Positions 45,603 through 56,497 of a DNA stretch of 60,928 bases are shown here, one piece after another. The stretch comes from a virus (Duplodnaviria > Caudoviricetes). A model generated the notes under the pieces. The model was given only the letters and a program-made list of their open reading frames with translations, was not told where the DNA came from and did not search any database. Made by a program: the position numbers and the translations under genes. The stretch covers positions 1 through 60,928 of IMG/VR virus record IMGVR_UViG_3300032315_000554, one strand, 5' to 3'. Each line of letters opens with the position of its first letter. Position 1 is the stretch's first letter.

Positions 45603-47369
45603 ATGGCTTACAAGACCGCTGGGTACCAATTCAGCCCTCGCATCAGCACCGGAGGCGCCGGGGCGCTGGCTGACATGCCGCGCATTCAGGAAGTTGTTGT
45701 TCCTGAAAGTGCTGGCCTTAGGTTCGCGGCTCTTCCTGCTCCAGTGGTTCTGCCAGATCAGAGCGGTCTTGTTGGTCAATCAATTGCTTCTGCCATCACC
45801 GACATTGGCAAGGGAGTGATCTCTGGTTACATGACTCGGCGCGAAGAGGATCTAGCTCTTGCAAAAGAAGAGCGTAATTGGAACCGCAAGATGGAGCTAG
45901 AGCTTCTAAAGCAAGAACGATACGAAGAAGCAGAAAAGAAGCGAGACGAGAGACTTAACAAAACAATTCAGTCAAGGCTCGATCTTGTTGGTGCAAGAAA
46001 GGCGGCAGAGGAAGAAGCAGAACTCGAAGAAGAGATTGATTTTCTCGACGATGAAGAAAACTTGAGCGACAGGGTGAGCGATGGAACGGAGCCGTCAGTC
46101 TATAAAGATGACGGTACTGTCGCCGTGGAGGACATGCCCAATGACGAGCCTACCAGAGATATTCCGATGGAAGGTGGCGCCGTAAGAGTTCCGACAAATC
46201 CTCTTATCCCTGACGAGGAATTGGAGACTGCAGATCTTCCGCCGCTCAGCCAAGTTGCTCCGTACGGATTTCAAAACATTGGTGCACTTCCCGGAGCACA
46301 ACCGGGCATGGCTGAGGCGGACATTTCCGCGATTCCTCCCGAGTATCTTATGGCTCAAGCTCAGGGCGTTCCCCCGGCGGCTCCCGTTGACGAGTTGCCG
46401 CTCAAAGACATTGGCCTGAGCTTGGAAGACATTGACGTTTCTTTTGTCACTCCCGAAATGGAGCGAGAGGTTCGCGAAGCCCGAGGCGGATATCGCCAAC
46501 AGCTTGCAAGCGCATTGCTTGAGCAGGCTGCAAGAGCACAGGGAGGTCAGCCTCTGGCTGAAATGGAACCTGTCGGTGAAAAACCCAAGGGTCTCCCCAA
46601 AGGATTTAAGCCGGGACCGTATCGCTCAGCAGAAAGAGCGTACGAGATGTCCAATATGCAGATGCCGGAAGGATTTGCTCCTCCTAAAGTGGATACACTC
46701 AAAGATAAAAAAGGGGGCGTGTACTTCATGGTCAACATGCCAGAGCGACTTACTCCAAAAGAAGAAAAGACCGCTGAAGGTGGCGGAGGAAAGACATTGA
46801 CCTCAACGGAAGCGAAGACCTTGGGTGACTTTGATTCGGTCGTATACACGCTTAATGTCATCAATGATAAACTTACCAAACTTGAGCAGCGTGGACCGAT
46901 TGTTGGTCGTGTTCGCGGGGCAAACCCCTATGATGTTGACGCTCAAGAAATTGAAAATCTTGTAACCAGTGTTGTTCCGGGATTGGCTCGCGGCGTGTTT
47001 GGCGAGGTGGGTGTCCTTACAGACACTGACGTGGCTAGGTACATGAAGTTGGTACCAAACATCAAAACATATCCAGCATTAGTTCTGAGAGAATTTAGGA
47101 ATCTCAGTGACAAAGTGATGATGTCAAAACTTTCAAAACTTAATGCACTTAGAGATTCAGGTTATGATGTTAGTGGATTTGCTGGTCAGATGAAGGCAGC
47201 AGAGCAGCGAATGGAAGAGACAACAGGAGTTCTAAACGAACAGGTTCGTTCGCTCGCAACGCAATTGATGTCGATGAAGAAGGGCACACCAGAATACGAA
47301 GCGTCTTGGAAGCAGTTGCTAGAACTTAGAAAACGCCAACGCGCAGCAGAAGAAAAAGAATCTCAATAG
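45603..47369 (+). CDS. Ejection/DNA transfer protein (588 aa)
   Basis: Coiled coil, acidic linker and C-terminal ARGVFGEVGVLTDTD motif; precedes the giant protein. Confidence 0.7.
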   Translation: MAYKTAGYQFSPRISTGGAGALADMPRIQEVVVPESAGLRFAALPAPVVLPDQSGLVGQSIASAITDIGKGVISGYMTRREEDLALAKEERNWNRKMELELLKQERYEEAEKKRDERLNKTIQSRLDLVGARKAAEEEAELEEEIDFLDDEENLSDRVSDGTEPSVYKDDGTVAVEDMPNDEPTRDIPMEGGAVRVPTNPLIPDEELETADLPPLSQVAPYGFQNIGALPGAQPGMAEADISAIPPEYLMAQAQGVPPAAPVDELPLKDIGLSLEDIDVSFVTPEMEREVREARGGYRQQLASALLEQAARAQGGQPLAEMEPVGEKPKGLPKGFKPGPYRSAERAYEMSNMQMPEGFAPPKVDTLKDKKGGVYFMVNMPERLTPKEEKTAEGGGGKTLTSTEAKTLGDFDSVVYTLNVINDKLTKLEQRGPIVGRVRGANPYDVDAQEIENLVTSVVPGLARGVFGEVGVLTDTDVARYMKLVPNIKTYPALVLREFRNLSDKVMMSKLSKLNALRDSGYDVSGFAGQMKAAEQRMEETTGVLNEQVRSLATQLMSMKKGTPEYEASWKQLLELRKRQRAAEEKESQ

Positions 47370-47378
47370 TCCCGGCGT

Positions 47379-50300
47379 ATGACCATCGAAGATATTATGG
47401 CGGAAGCCGATTCCGCTATCGATTCCGAGGAGGGCAAGGAACCGGAAGAGGAACAGCAAGAGACTCCAGAGTCCTTAATGGCTAAGGCGGACGAAGAAAT
47501 AGACAAAGAGCCTGAAGATCCTTCAAGACTTTTGGCGCCGGAACCCATAAGCGAGCTAGATGCTCTTAAACCTAAAGCACCAACTCCTGAGCCGCAAAAA
47601 GTAGAGGCTCCTCCAGAAGATGCCGTGGACATCTTGCTGCAGATGACTCAGGGACAGACGCCTGATCAATACGACGAGAAGGTTTTTCAATGGAGGGACA
47701 CGCTCACTCCTCAACAGTTTGCAAAACTGTCCAAGCAAGATGAAGCATTTCCGCTGACAGACACCCAAGAAAGAGCGGCTTACGATTACCTTCGCAAGAG
47801 TGATGATCCGTTCAAGATTCCGCGCAACTTTGAAGATTGGTACGGCATCGCCGAGTACACTGCCGGGATGGTTCCGATGGTCGCGGAACAAGTTAAAGAC
47901 TCTGCCGTAGGGTTTGTTAAGGGTGGATATAAGTTCGGCAAGGGACTTGTCGATTACGCCACAGCCGAGAATTTTGCTTGGAAGGACGCTTACGAGACGC
48001 TTCCTGACGATGCTAAGGAGCGTGTCCGCGAGCAACTAGGCTCAATCCCCGGAGGATTTTTCAATCCCAAGGCTCTTCCTGACGCAGAGATCAGCAAAAT
48101 TGTATTCTCTGAATTGCCGCAACAAGAGCAGAAGAAATTTGAGGAGCAGTCTGCGGCAGGAACAGAAGCCGGGCGTACTGCCATGTTCAGTGCTCTTGAG
48201 CCACTGGTAGGTCTTCCGATCAGCATGGCCGAAACAGCCACAAAGGTGGCTACTGGTGGCATCTCAGCTTGGGACAGAGTCACAGAGGCTACTGGCATTC
48301 GCTCTTACGAGGACTCGTTTGAAAACTGGAGGAATCGCAGACTGTTCGACGGGTCAATGCAGCGTTGGAACGCCGAAAGGCCGACATCGTACGCGAAATT
48401 TTTGGAAATCATCTCCCCGGCTATTGTCTCAATTGCAAAGTTAGACGGTCCAACCGTCGAAGACTACATGCGCGAGGAGGGTCTGACACGCGAGCAGGCC
48501 GAGCTTGCGCGTGACTACGATGCCGAGCAACGGACGCTGGCGTCAATCGATCAGGTGCAAGAGGAAAGGATTCCTGACATCGATGAAGATATCAGGATTT
48601 TTGGCGAGTTTGCGCTTCCCGCCGGGTTCGGTCTCGACCAATTCGGTTACGCGATGAACTTGATGCGTGTCGGATCGTGGATGACACCGAAGCTGTACGC
48701 AAAGCTACGACTCGCTGGAAAAACGCCGGAAGAGATCAACCAGTATTACACCGCAAGAACAAATGCCGCCAAAGAGTCCGCTAAGAAGCAACTTGAAAGA
48801 CGCTCGAAGCCAACGGTCACCGGGACGGTTGCTGGAAAAACAGCCGATCAGATCGAGCGCATTCAAGCGGCTATGGATCAGAGCGCATTTTGGAAACGCA
48901 TTCGCCAAGCATCCCCGTATGTCGCTGGCGCTGCTGTCGGCTACGGCGTCACCGAGGATCCACTGGCGTTCCTTTACGGATCAATTGGTGGTCGCCTCGC
49001 CACTAGCTTCCCTCGTTTCATAAGCGACTGGGACGAAGCTCGACGCATTTCTGCAGGTGGACGGCAGGGAACTTTTGCGACACTAGCTGAGGTTAGACAG
49101 GACAGGGCGAACGCACGTCGAGGCAGACCGTTTGACCCTGAGGCTAAACCAGAGATCAAGCTGAAGGGTAGCGTGAGCGAGCGCATTCAGGACTATGGCG
49201 GAGAGAAGATTGACAATATCTTAGGCAATATCGGCGATTATGTCCGTATTGGCGTCGAGCCTACGCTGATTGGAATCGGTGTCGGCGCCATCAACTCGTC
49301 TGACGATGAAGAGTTGGCTTCCATGATCGGCAACGGCTTGGTCTTCAGCTTGGGAGGACGAGGGATTCAGCAGATACGAAACAAGTTATTCGGGGGCTAC
49401 GATCCCGTCATCGAGGGCAGGAGACTGCGTCAGGACATGGTTGACTTTCAAAAGCTATACCGTGACTCATCCCCGGAAAGCCGTAAACAGATCGACCGTC
49501 TTTCAGACTGGAACACGGTTGTTGACGCCAAAAAGCGTGACTTAGAGGCTGCACAAAAAAGGCTCCAAGATGCTGAGGCTGCTGCCCAAAAAGCCAGAGA
49601 TGGGGATCCCACAAAATTCAGGACCGAGGCGGATCGAATTTCAGAGGTAGGTTCCGCACTTGAAAAAGTTTCAGTTGCTCGCAAAGGGGTTGAGTTGCGT
49701 CAGGCGACTCTGGACCGTGTTAGCCGGGCAAACTTACAGACTCGAAACGAGTACAGCAGGCTATGGCTTAGGAATTTGGCTCGGGTCAACGTACTTGGAA
49801 ACGGAACGCTCCGCGAGGGCATGAATAACGTAGGCATCAATGTCCTCTCGTCTGCCGAGATCTACAAGCTGATGCGCCGGAACCCCGAGAACGCATCTCT
49901 CTCCAACGAGAGACTGTGGCAGTCTGCTACGCAATCGGGGTTTTATAGCTCCCCTGACGGCACAACGGTATTCAAGCCGGGTTCGCCGCTGAACGAGCAG
50001 GGAGGAAAGATGATCTTCGACTCGAAGCGCCCATCTGTGGTGGTCAATGCGGACTACATTCGCCAGACCGCTGGAAAGACAGGACAGCTTCCCATCTTTG
50101 CGTTGAATCACGAATTTGGACACCACCTCAAAAATGTCCCCGAGTATGCAGAGCTAATTAAGGATTCCGAGAGCATGCTGTTCGCTCAGGAGGTCAAAGA
50201 CTTGAGCGGCAATACGGTTGCTGTGACCCCCGGAAAGTATTCGCAATCGGATTTGGTGGACATGTACTGGAACAGGTATCTCGCCGGGTACACCAGAGCG

Positions 50301-53300
50301 GAAAAAACGCAGTTCGCTCAGATGAACGGGCTGCTCGACGAGACTACCGGACAACTCAAGCCAGAGGAGACAGCGGCTTACATGCGAAACGAGGTCATGG
50401 CGGACCTCACTGCAGAAAGCGTTTCTAGGTTTATCGATCCTCAGAAAGACGGTGCCGTCAAAGACATCTACGACCGGGCTTTGCTCAAGTTTAGGACCAA
50501 GAGACTTGCTAATCTTGTGGACAAGTTACGCAGGCTCGGCGGCACCGGGGACGTGATCACCGACAACACGGGCGCGGGGTTGTCTCCCGAAGTAGTACAG
50601 ACGGCTACGGACGCCTTGAAGGCATACGATGCGCTGAAGAATCAGGTCAGTCCCGCTGTGCCTCAGCCTGAGCGTCCAAAGATTAGCAAGGCACAGATGA
50701 TGGGTGACCGTGCGGTGCAGGCCAGATACGGCTCGGACAGTCCTCTCTTCAGTACAAGCGTCAAGGCTCAGGTATTCGATGCAAGCGGCAAGCCCATTGG
50801 CACCAGCATTCCTATCGATATGAAAGACCCGGCGCTTTCGGAAGGCGTATGGGAACGTACTGAGACGGGCGTTAAACAAATCGGTGGATACGGTCGCTTG
50901 AGTCGACAAATTGATCTTACCGGGGTTCCCGTTGGTTCACGCATTGTAATATCGAACCAACTTGACTATCAGCCAGACGGCGTAACGCCAATTATACTGA
51001 ATCCGAAACAAGCGAAAAAACGTGGCAAGGATAGGTTTCAAATTGTTCGCTCAGTACTCGACAACACACCTGACTACGGAGCGCCGAATCGATTCCAGCC
51101 AGTTGCTCCGGGTTCAGACACTTATCGCGGGACGTTCACACCTCTGCAGATGAAGGCACTGATGGACATACCCGAGTCAGTGGTTCCAAAGTCGATCAAA
51201 GAGAAGATCATTGCCATAAACACTGCTCTAGCTCGCAACGATGGAACCCGAATGATCGTGGACTATGCCGCTGTGATGACTGATAGCGGCAAGTATCAGG
51301 CTTTCTCCCCAAAGGTTTACGATGTCGTTCCTATCGGGATGATGTTCTCGAAGGACGGCAACTTCCTCGCCACTACGATCTCGGTTACACGGTTATTCGA
51401 CAAGCTCAACGCATGGTCTGACCGCATGCCTGCTCGTCTCGATTTCTGGAACGGATCGAAAGACAAGTTTTGGGATGACTTCTCGAAGAAGTACCTAGCC
51501 AACTGGCAAAAGGGCATTGAGGGGAGCGGATACACCAAAAAGGGCGAGCTTGTTGAGGGATCTACACCGCTAGACGCTGACGCAGAAATCGCAAAACAGA
51601 AGGCGAATATATTCAACGACTTCCTAAACCTGTTCGACAAAGAAACGGAAGGATTGAACCCTGATAGAACCGCGACCCCTCGACGCAAGGGAGATCCTAG
51701 AGACAAAAACATTGATCGAACGATCATGTCGTTGCGTATCGATCACATTGCCGAGATCATCGAGAACCCGATGGGCAAGCTGCCGATTGTATACGGGTAT
51801 GCGAAGCAAAACTTTTTACCTAAGAGTCCAGAGCAAAAAAATCGCAGCAAGAAACCGTCTGAATCAGACCTTGCGTATTTAAAAGCAATTGAATCTGGTG
51901 ACATTGATTCAGTCGAACCAGTCTTAAAAAATTTAGAGGATAGGGCGCAGAGTTTAATCAATTCTCTTGGAAGTCCAAAAGAAAGCGAAAAACGTGGCGA
52001 CTGGTATTCTGCTAATAGCGTCCTGCAGTGGGTGAATAGTGTAAGAAGTGGCAAAAAGCCTTCTAGATCCATTTCTTTTGAGCGTGGACAATCTAAATTA
52101 GTTCCAGAAAGCACAGATAGATTTCTTGAAAGGATTTCCGATAATTACTCAGGTATAAAGCTGCCATCAGATGCAGAAATTGCTTTAAGTAAAGCTGAAC
52201 AAATTTCAGGTACTGACATCCGCTATCTTCCTCGTAAGAAAATCGAAGGCGAAGAAATGCCGTTCAAGGTTGTCACTCAAAACCGTGACCCTGAAATGCA
52301 GGCAGCGGCACAGCGTTTGATTCGCGGAGAGATTGACGCTGCAGAGTACCAAGCTCTTGTTCGAGACAGGTCTCCGTACGAGGATCTTGATGATGTTCCC
52401 GAGCCACAATCTGTCGATCAGATCAAAGTGACGATGGGCGGCAGGGAAGAAAAGCCCAGTGCTCGCTCCGCAAAAGTTGGAGTCGCAAAGGCTGCAGGAT
52501 TAAAGCAGGGAGACTTGGCCGAGTCGCGCATCGACATCAGGGCATACTTGGACAAGGGAGAACACGTCAATGTGTTGCATCAGCCAACTTCCAAGGAGAT
52601 TGGTGGCAGTGCGTCTGGAGTTATTTCGTACGAACCAACAATTCATATGAAAGACGTGAAGTTCATGGTGAATCCAACAACGTCTTTGGAGATCGCTGCT
52701 GGAAGATCTAAGTCAACCATTGCACGAATCAACGGCAAGTGGCAGGACACGTCTCCAGAGGTTGCATTTGAGACGGCTAACGAGAAGTTCAATGATCCTG
52801 AATGGGTGCAGTTGGGGATGAACCCTACTCGCCAATCGAACTTCTACATCCGCTCTACCGGGGAACCAGTTAAGTCAGCAGACGAGATCATTCAAATCGG
52901 CAAGTTTGTTCTGGCGAAGAACGCGAAGAAGGTGACGCCGGAAGAGATGCCCGAGCGCACGATGACCGATTACGGCATGCAGTTCTTGCCGCGCCCGAAG
53001 AGGGCTGAGGAGGGCGAGCGAAAGACCCCGGTGCTGTCTGGCGTCGAGCCTCCCGTGCGGTTTGTCGGACCTCAGGGAGGTGCGCTGGAGGGCATCACGG
53101 TCGAGTACCAACCCGAAGCGAAGACGCTGGAAGGCATCAGCTTCCTGCCTCGTCCGAAGACTGACCGATACAAGTTTGCTTTCACGGTAGCCAGCGACCG
53201 CATCAAGCTGGTTGACGATCTGATCAAAGCGAAAGACTGGCAGGGCATTCGCGACCTGAATCAAGCGACCGTGCGTCACGCAATGTCTGACCTTCGCGGA

Positions 53301-56297
53301 GTCAATTACACGATCAAAGATGTGCTCGGTGCGTTCGAGAACGGGCGAGAAGTGTCCGCAATCGTGGAGGTAAACACCCCGGACCCCGAGATGGTTGCCG
53401 AGGTCAGGAAGCGCATGGTTGCTTTAGGTGAGCTATGGAAGCAAACAGAGGTTCTCGAAGAGATGGTTGGAATGGGAGATAAAGACCTACTAGGCACAAT
53501 CGATAACGATGGCTTCTTGCACATTGCCAAGCACGAACTAGAATTTGACAAGCTGACTTCACGAATGGTGGAAAAGGCTCGATTGGATGCTGGGATCCAA
53601 TCGATGACCATCGACGGAAACAACGTAATATTTTATGACACGGACAATATCGGAGCAGGATTTGCCGAAAGAGTTGGAGCTTTTGCGAAAAGTGTCGCCG
53701 AAGCAGGCGGAATCTTTCGAGGTTCTTCAACGGATAACGCAGCAGTTAGGAGCTACCGCGACCCTGAAAGTGTCAAAGCCGGATCCCTCTACTACACCGA
53801 CAACCCGGTTCAGCTTTTCGGTGCAGGACAACTCCCCGACAGACTCCGAAGCCCAGTCTACCGAGTAGTCTCCGAGCTTCTCGGAAGACCTCTCCCGCCG
53901 CCGAAAGACGGCAAGCGTTCGTACTTCACCAAGGAGGACGTTACTCCGAAGCAGGTCAAGCTGCAGAACGCTATCGGCAACTCGCAGGACCGTGTTGTAC
54001 TGAACGACCGGAAGAACAAAGACGTTGTCAAAGCGTACGAGGAGCTAAACGCAGAGCTTGTTAAGCAATACGATGCTTTGGTCGCTGCTGGAATGCGCTT
54101 CGAGGCGCTCAACGACTACGAGACGTACAGCAAAACATACCCGAATTCTTCTGCTGTGATCAGGGATATCAGGAACAACAACCAACTGATGTTCCTCAAG
54201 ACAAATCACGAGACCTTTGGACCGTTGAAAAATGGCAAGCCGATGGACTTCAGCTTCCATCCGCTTCTGCAGGATTCTGGAAGAACGGACTCCACCGGGA
54301 ACAAACTCAACTACAACAACATTCTTCGAGTGGTGCATGACGCAATAGCTCACGGCACATACGCTGCTGAGTTTGGACCTATCGGTGAGGAGTCTGCATG
54401 GCACACACACATCCGCACCATCGACAACCCGTGGGCTAGGTGGGCGCTGACGATGGAGACGAGAGGGCAAAATAGCTTCGTCAACTACCGTGACGTGCGG
54501 ATCGGCAAAGACAAGATGCCGCTCAAGCCCGGCGATGACGGCTATGTGCCCATCCCGGATCGTGACTATGCAGAGCAGAAGTTTGCGTTGATCCCTCTCA
54601 AGTATTCGCTGACCGGAGACGCCAAGGTCGATAAGCCTGTCAAAGAATTGATGGCTCAGATCGGCAAGAAACGGGCCGAAGGAAGCGCCGAGAAAGAACC
54701 GGACTGGATGCCATCGAAAGCAAAAGCAAAAGAGGTTCTTAGCAAAGTTCCTCAGCCTGTGGGAAACCCGAAAACGATGGTAGCTGACGCTACAGCGGTG
54801 ATGGGCAAGCCCACAAAAGCTGACGAGGCTTCGAGCGTCCCAGTCATTGTCAGCAAGGAGTGGGTGCAGAAGAAGGCAAAGAAAGACGATGAAGAGATCG
54901 GAGACGATGAAAGCGACACGATAACGGTTGGCGAGGCTCAACTCAAAGACGTGGTCAAATACGAACTTACTGGCATGCCGATTGTCGTTCGTCCGTTGCC
55001 AAACTACGCTGCGGCGAACAATGCTACGAAGGTAGCGAAAGATGTTTTGAAAATTGCTGAGCGCCCGGAGCAGTACAAAGAATACTCGGACAGGGTAGTC
55101 GCCGCCGGGGAAAAGGTCCGCAACGACCCTCAGCGGTTCACTACACTTTCCGGCTACCTCGAATTCATGCGTGAGTCCGGTGCGTCCGGGAACCTGCTCA
55201 TGCCTCCTACGCAATTGGTCGAGTTGGTTAAGAACGCGCAGAGCATTCTGAACCTCTGGAACGGTGGTTATCATGGCGCCAAGACGGCGCCGGGGACTGT
55301 CAAGGCGGCTAAGGAAGGTCTCGACGGCGTCAACGAGATGAAGAGTCTGATGACCGAGAACGGTGTGAACTTGGGTCCGACACCAATGATCACGGCGCTT
55401 CACCACCTGTGGGGAATCCTTTCGCGACAGCTAGATCCGCTCAACCAAGAGGGCATGTGGATGCGTCTGGTAAGCAACCCTCGCGTACTTGAACAAATTC
55501 AAAGGTCGATAGACGGCGAGTACAACCTGACCCGTGAGCAGTGGAAAGACATCGTTCAGAAAGCCCGGCGAGACACTAAAGGCGATTACGCCAAGATCGG
55601 CAACAACGCTACAGCGAACGCCAACTCGTTCGCTTTGATGCTGGAACGCCACAACGGCAAATGGGACCAACTAGCCTCGATCTACCGTCTCGACGATCCG
55701 GTCGCCATGACCAATGCGTTTTGGGGTCTGAATGTCGGACCTACCGGGATCAAAAACAAGGTGCAGCGATTCATTGGCCTGACGTTCGGCATTCATGGAT
55801 CGGTGCTGGACCGCTGGCGCTTCGTCTCGCTCAACCTTCCTATGGCTATGAAGCTGACCGGGAAGCCTGTCCCCGAGTCCTACTTCAAGTACTACGGGCG
55901 CAACAAGACGATCCCGGAGGATCCTGTGGGCATCTACAAGAGCTACGGCACCGTGGAGAACGGTAACCCGGTGTACTCGACGGCGCTCTACACGGGCATC
56001 GACCGGACCATCGAGGGAGTCATCGCCAACAGCCCGGCGCTACGCAACTTCCTTGGAGTTCATGCGACTCCCGGCGGATTCCATTGGGTTGACTGGAACA
56101 CTGTCAAAAACGAAGCCGTGGGTCATAGCTCGCTCGACCTGACCAAGGAATTCCTGAAACAGAAGGGGCGTGACGCCACTGTGGAGGACTTCCTCGATGT
56201 GGTGCAAAATAGCACCGTATACACACGGGCGGATCAGGACGGGAAAATTTTGGACTTGGTCATGGAGAACGGTGTGTTCAGAATTCGCGAAGACTAA
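47379..56297 (+). CDS. Giant polyvalent internal virion protein (2972 aa) with HEXXH peptidase and HhH-glycosylase-like domains
   Basis: Single ORF; HEFGH at 50109-50123; repeated (F/Y)LP(R/K) linkers; VHDAIAH..ETRGQNS; GIKNKV..F..VLDRW..HWVDW. Confidence 0.8.
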   Translation: MTIEDIMAEADSAIDSEEGKEPEEEQQETPESLMAKADEEIDKEPEDPSRLLAPEPISELDALKPKAPTPEPQKVEAPPEDAVDILLQMTQGQTPDQYDEKVFQWRDTLTPQQFAKLSKQDEAFPLTDTQERAAYDYLRKSDDPFKIPRNFEDWYGIAEYTAGMVPMVAEQVKDSAVGFVKGGYKFGKGLVDYATAENFAWKDAYETLPDDAKERVREQLGSIPGGFFNPKALPDAEISKIVFSELPQQEQKKFEEQSAAGTEAGRTAMFSALEPLVGLPISMAETATKVATGGISAWDRVTEATGIRSYEDSFENWRNRRLFDGSMQRWNAERPTSYAKFLEIISPAIVSIAKLDGPTVEDYMREEGLTREQAELARDYDAEQRTLASIDQVQEERIPDIDEDIRIFGEFALPAGFGLDQFGYAMNLMRVGSWMTPKLYAKLRLAGKTPEEINQYYTARTNAAKESAKKQLERRSKPTVTGTVAGKTADQIERIQAAMDQSAFWKRIRQASPYVAGAAVGYGVTEDPLAFLYGSIGGRLATSFPRFISDWDEARRISAGGRQGTFATLAEVRQDRANARRGRPFDPEAKPEIKLKGSVSERIQDYGGEKIDNILGNIGDYVRIGVEPTLIGIGVGAINSSDDEELASMIGNGLVFSLGGRGIQQIRNKLFGGYDPVIEGRRLRQDMVDFQKLYRDSSPESRKQIDRLSDWNTVVDAKKRDLEAAQKRLQDAEAAAQKARDGDPTKFRTEADRISEVGSALEKVSVARKGVELRQATLDRVSRANLQTRNEYSRLWLRNLARVNVLGNGTLREGMNNVGINVLSSAEIYKLMRRNPENASLSNERLWQSATQSGFYSSPDGTTVFKPGSPLNEQGGKMIFDSKRPSVVVNADYIRQTAGKTGQLPIFALNHEFGHHLKNVPEYAELIKDSESMLFAQEVKDLSGNTVAVTPGKYSQSDLVDMYWNRYLAGYTRAEKTQFAQMNGLLDETTGQLKPEETAAYMRNEVMADLTAESVSRFIDPQKDGAVKDIYDRALLKFRTKRLANLVDKLRRLGGTGDVITDNTGAGLSPEVVQTATDALKAYDALKNQVSPAVPQPERPKISKAQMMGDRAVQARYGSDSPLFSTSVKAQVFDASGKPIGTSIPIDMKDPALSEGVWERTETGVKQIGGYGRLSRQIDLTGVPVGSRIVISNQLDYQPDGVTPIILNPKQAKKRGKDRFQIVRSVLDNTPDYGAPNRFQPVAPGSDTYRGTFTPLQMKALMDIPESVVPKSIKEKIIAINTALARNDGTRMIVDYAAVMTDSGKYQAFSPKVYDVVPIGMMFSKDGNFLATTISVTRLFDKLNAWSDRMPARLDFWNGSKDKFWDDFSKKYLANWQKGIEGSGYTKKGELVEGSTPLDADAEIAKQKANIFNDFLNLFDKETEGLNPDRTATPRRKGDPRDKNIDRTIMSLRIDHIAEIIENPMGKLPIVYGYAKQNFLPKSPEQKNRSKKPSESDLAYLKAIESGDIDSVEPVLKNLEDRAQSLINSLGSPKESEKRGDWYSANSVLQWVNSVRSGKKPSRSISFERGQSKLVPESTDRFLERISDNYSGIKLPSDAEIALSKAEQISGTDIRYLPRKKIEGEEMPFKVVTQNRDPEMQAAAQRLIRGEIDAAEYQALVRDRSPYEDLDDVPEPQSVDQIKVTMGGREEKPSARSAKVGVAKAAGLKQGDLAESRIDIRAYLDKGEHVNVLHQPTSKEIGGSASGVISYEPTIHMKDVKFMVNPTTSLEIAAGRSKSTIARINGKWQDTSPEVAFETANEKFNDPEWVQLGMNPTRQSNFYIRSTGEPVKSADEIIQIGKFVLAKNAKKVTPEEMPERTMTDYGMQFLPRPKRAEEGERKTPVLSGVEPPVRFVGPQGGALEGITVEYQPEAKTLEGISFLPRPKTDRYKFAFTVASDRIKLVDDLIKAKDWQGIRDLNQATVRHAMSDLRGVNYTIKDVLGAFENGREVSAIVEVNTPDPEMVAEVRKRMVALGELWKQTEVLEEMVGMGDKDLLGTIDNDGFLHIAKHELEFDKLTSRMVEKARLDAGIQSMTIDGNNVIFYDTDNIGAGFAERVGAFAKSVAEAGGIFRGSSTDNAAVRSYRDPESVKAGSLYYTDNPVQLFGAGQLPDRLRSPVYRVVSELLGRPLPPPKDGKRSYFTKEDVTPKQVKLQNAIGNSQDRVVLNDRKNKDVVKAYEELNAELVKQYDALVAAGMRFEALNDYETYSKTYPNSSAVIRDIRNNNQLMFLKTNHETFGPLKNGKPMDFSFHPLLQDSGRTDSTGNKLNYNNILRVVHDAIAHGTYAAEFGPIGEESAWHTHIRTIDNPWARWALTMETRGQNSFVNYRDVRIGKDKMPLKPGDDGYVPIPDRDYAEQKFALIPLKYSLTGDAKVDKPVKELMAQIGKKRAEGSAEKEPDWMPSKAKAKEVLSKVPQPVGNPKTMVADATAVMGKPTKADEASSVPVIVSKEWVQKKAKKDDEEIGDDESDTITVGEAQLKDVVKYELTGMPIVVRPLPNYAAANNATKVAKDVLKIAERPEQYKEYSDRVVAAGEKVRNDPQRFTTLSGYLEFMRESGASGNLLMPPTQLVELVKNAQSILNLWNGGYHGAKTAPGTVKAAKEGLDGVNEMKSLMTENGVNLGPTPMITALHHLWGILSRQLDPLNQEGMWMRLVSNPRVLEQIQRSIDGEYNLTREQWKDIVQKARRDTKGDYAKIGNNATANANSFALMLERHNGKWDQLASIYRLDDPVAMTNAFWGLNVGPTGIKNKVQRFIGLTFGIHGSVLDRWRFVSLNLPMAMKLTGKPVPESYFKYYGRNKTIPEDPVGIYKSYGTVENGNPVYSTALYTGIDRTIEGVIANSPALRNFLGVHATPGGFHWVDWNTVKNEAVGHSSLDLTKEFLKQKGRDATVEDFLDVVQNSTVYTRADQDGKILDLVMENGVFRIRED

Positions 56298-56298
56298 T

Positions 56299-56496
56299 AT
56301 GCCAGCGTTTCCATGCGACAATACCGGGGACTTCGTTCCAGACGAGATGTACGACATCGTTCGGGACGAGCTTGAGAGGAAGAGGCAAGAGCTTGGCCGC
56401 GACCTCACTCAAGACGAGATCGACAAGTGCTACACCGACGAGGGTTTCGAGCCTCCAACCGAGTCGTATATCCCGCCAATGGAACCGGAGGAATAA
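56299..56496 (+). CDS. Small acidic protein (65 aa)
   Basis: ATG one base after the giant gene's stop codon. Confidence 0.7.
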   Translation: MPAFPCDNTGDFVPDEMYDIVRDELERKRQELGRDLTQDEIDKCYTDEGFEPPTESYIPPMEPEE

Positions 56497-56497
56497 T

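Noticed and set aside
47379-56297. Virion RNA polymerase (N4- or crAss-like)
   Set aside because: No DxDGD or T7-type polymerase motifs were seen, and the early promoters are host sigma70 type
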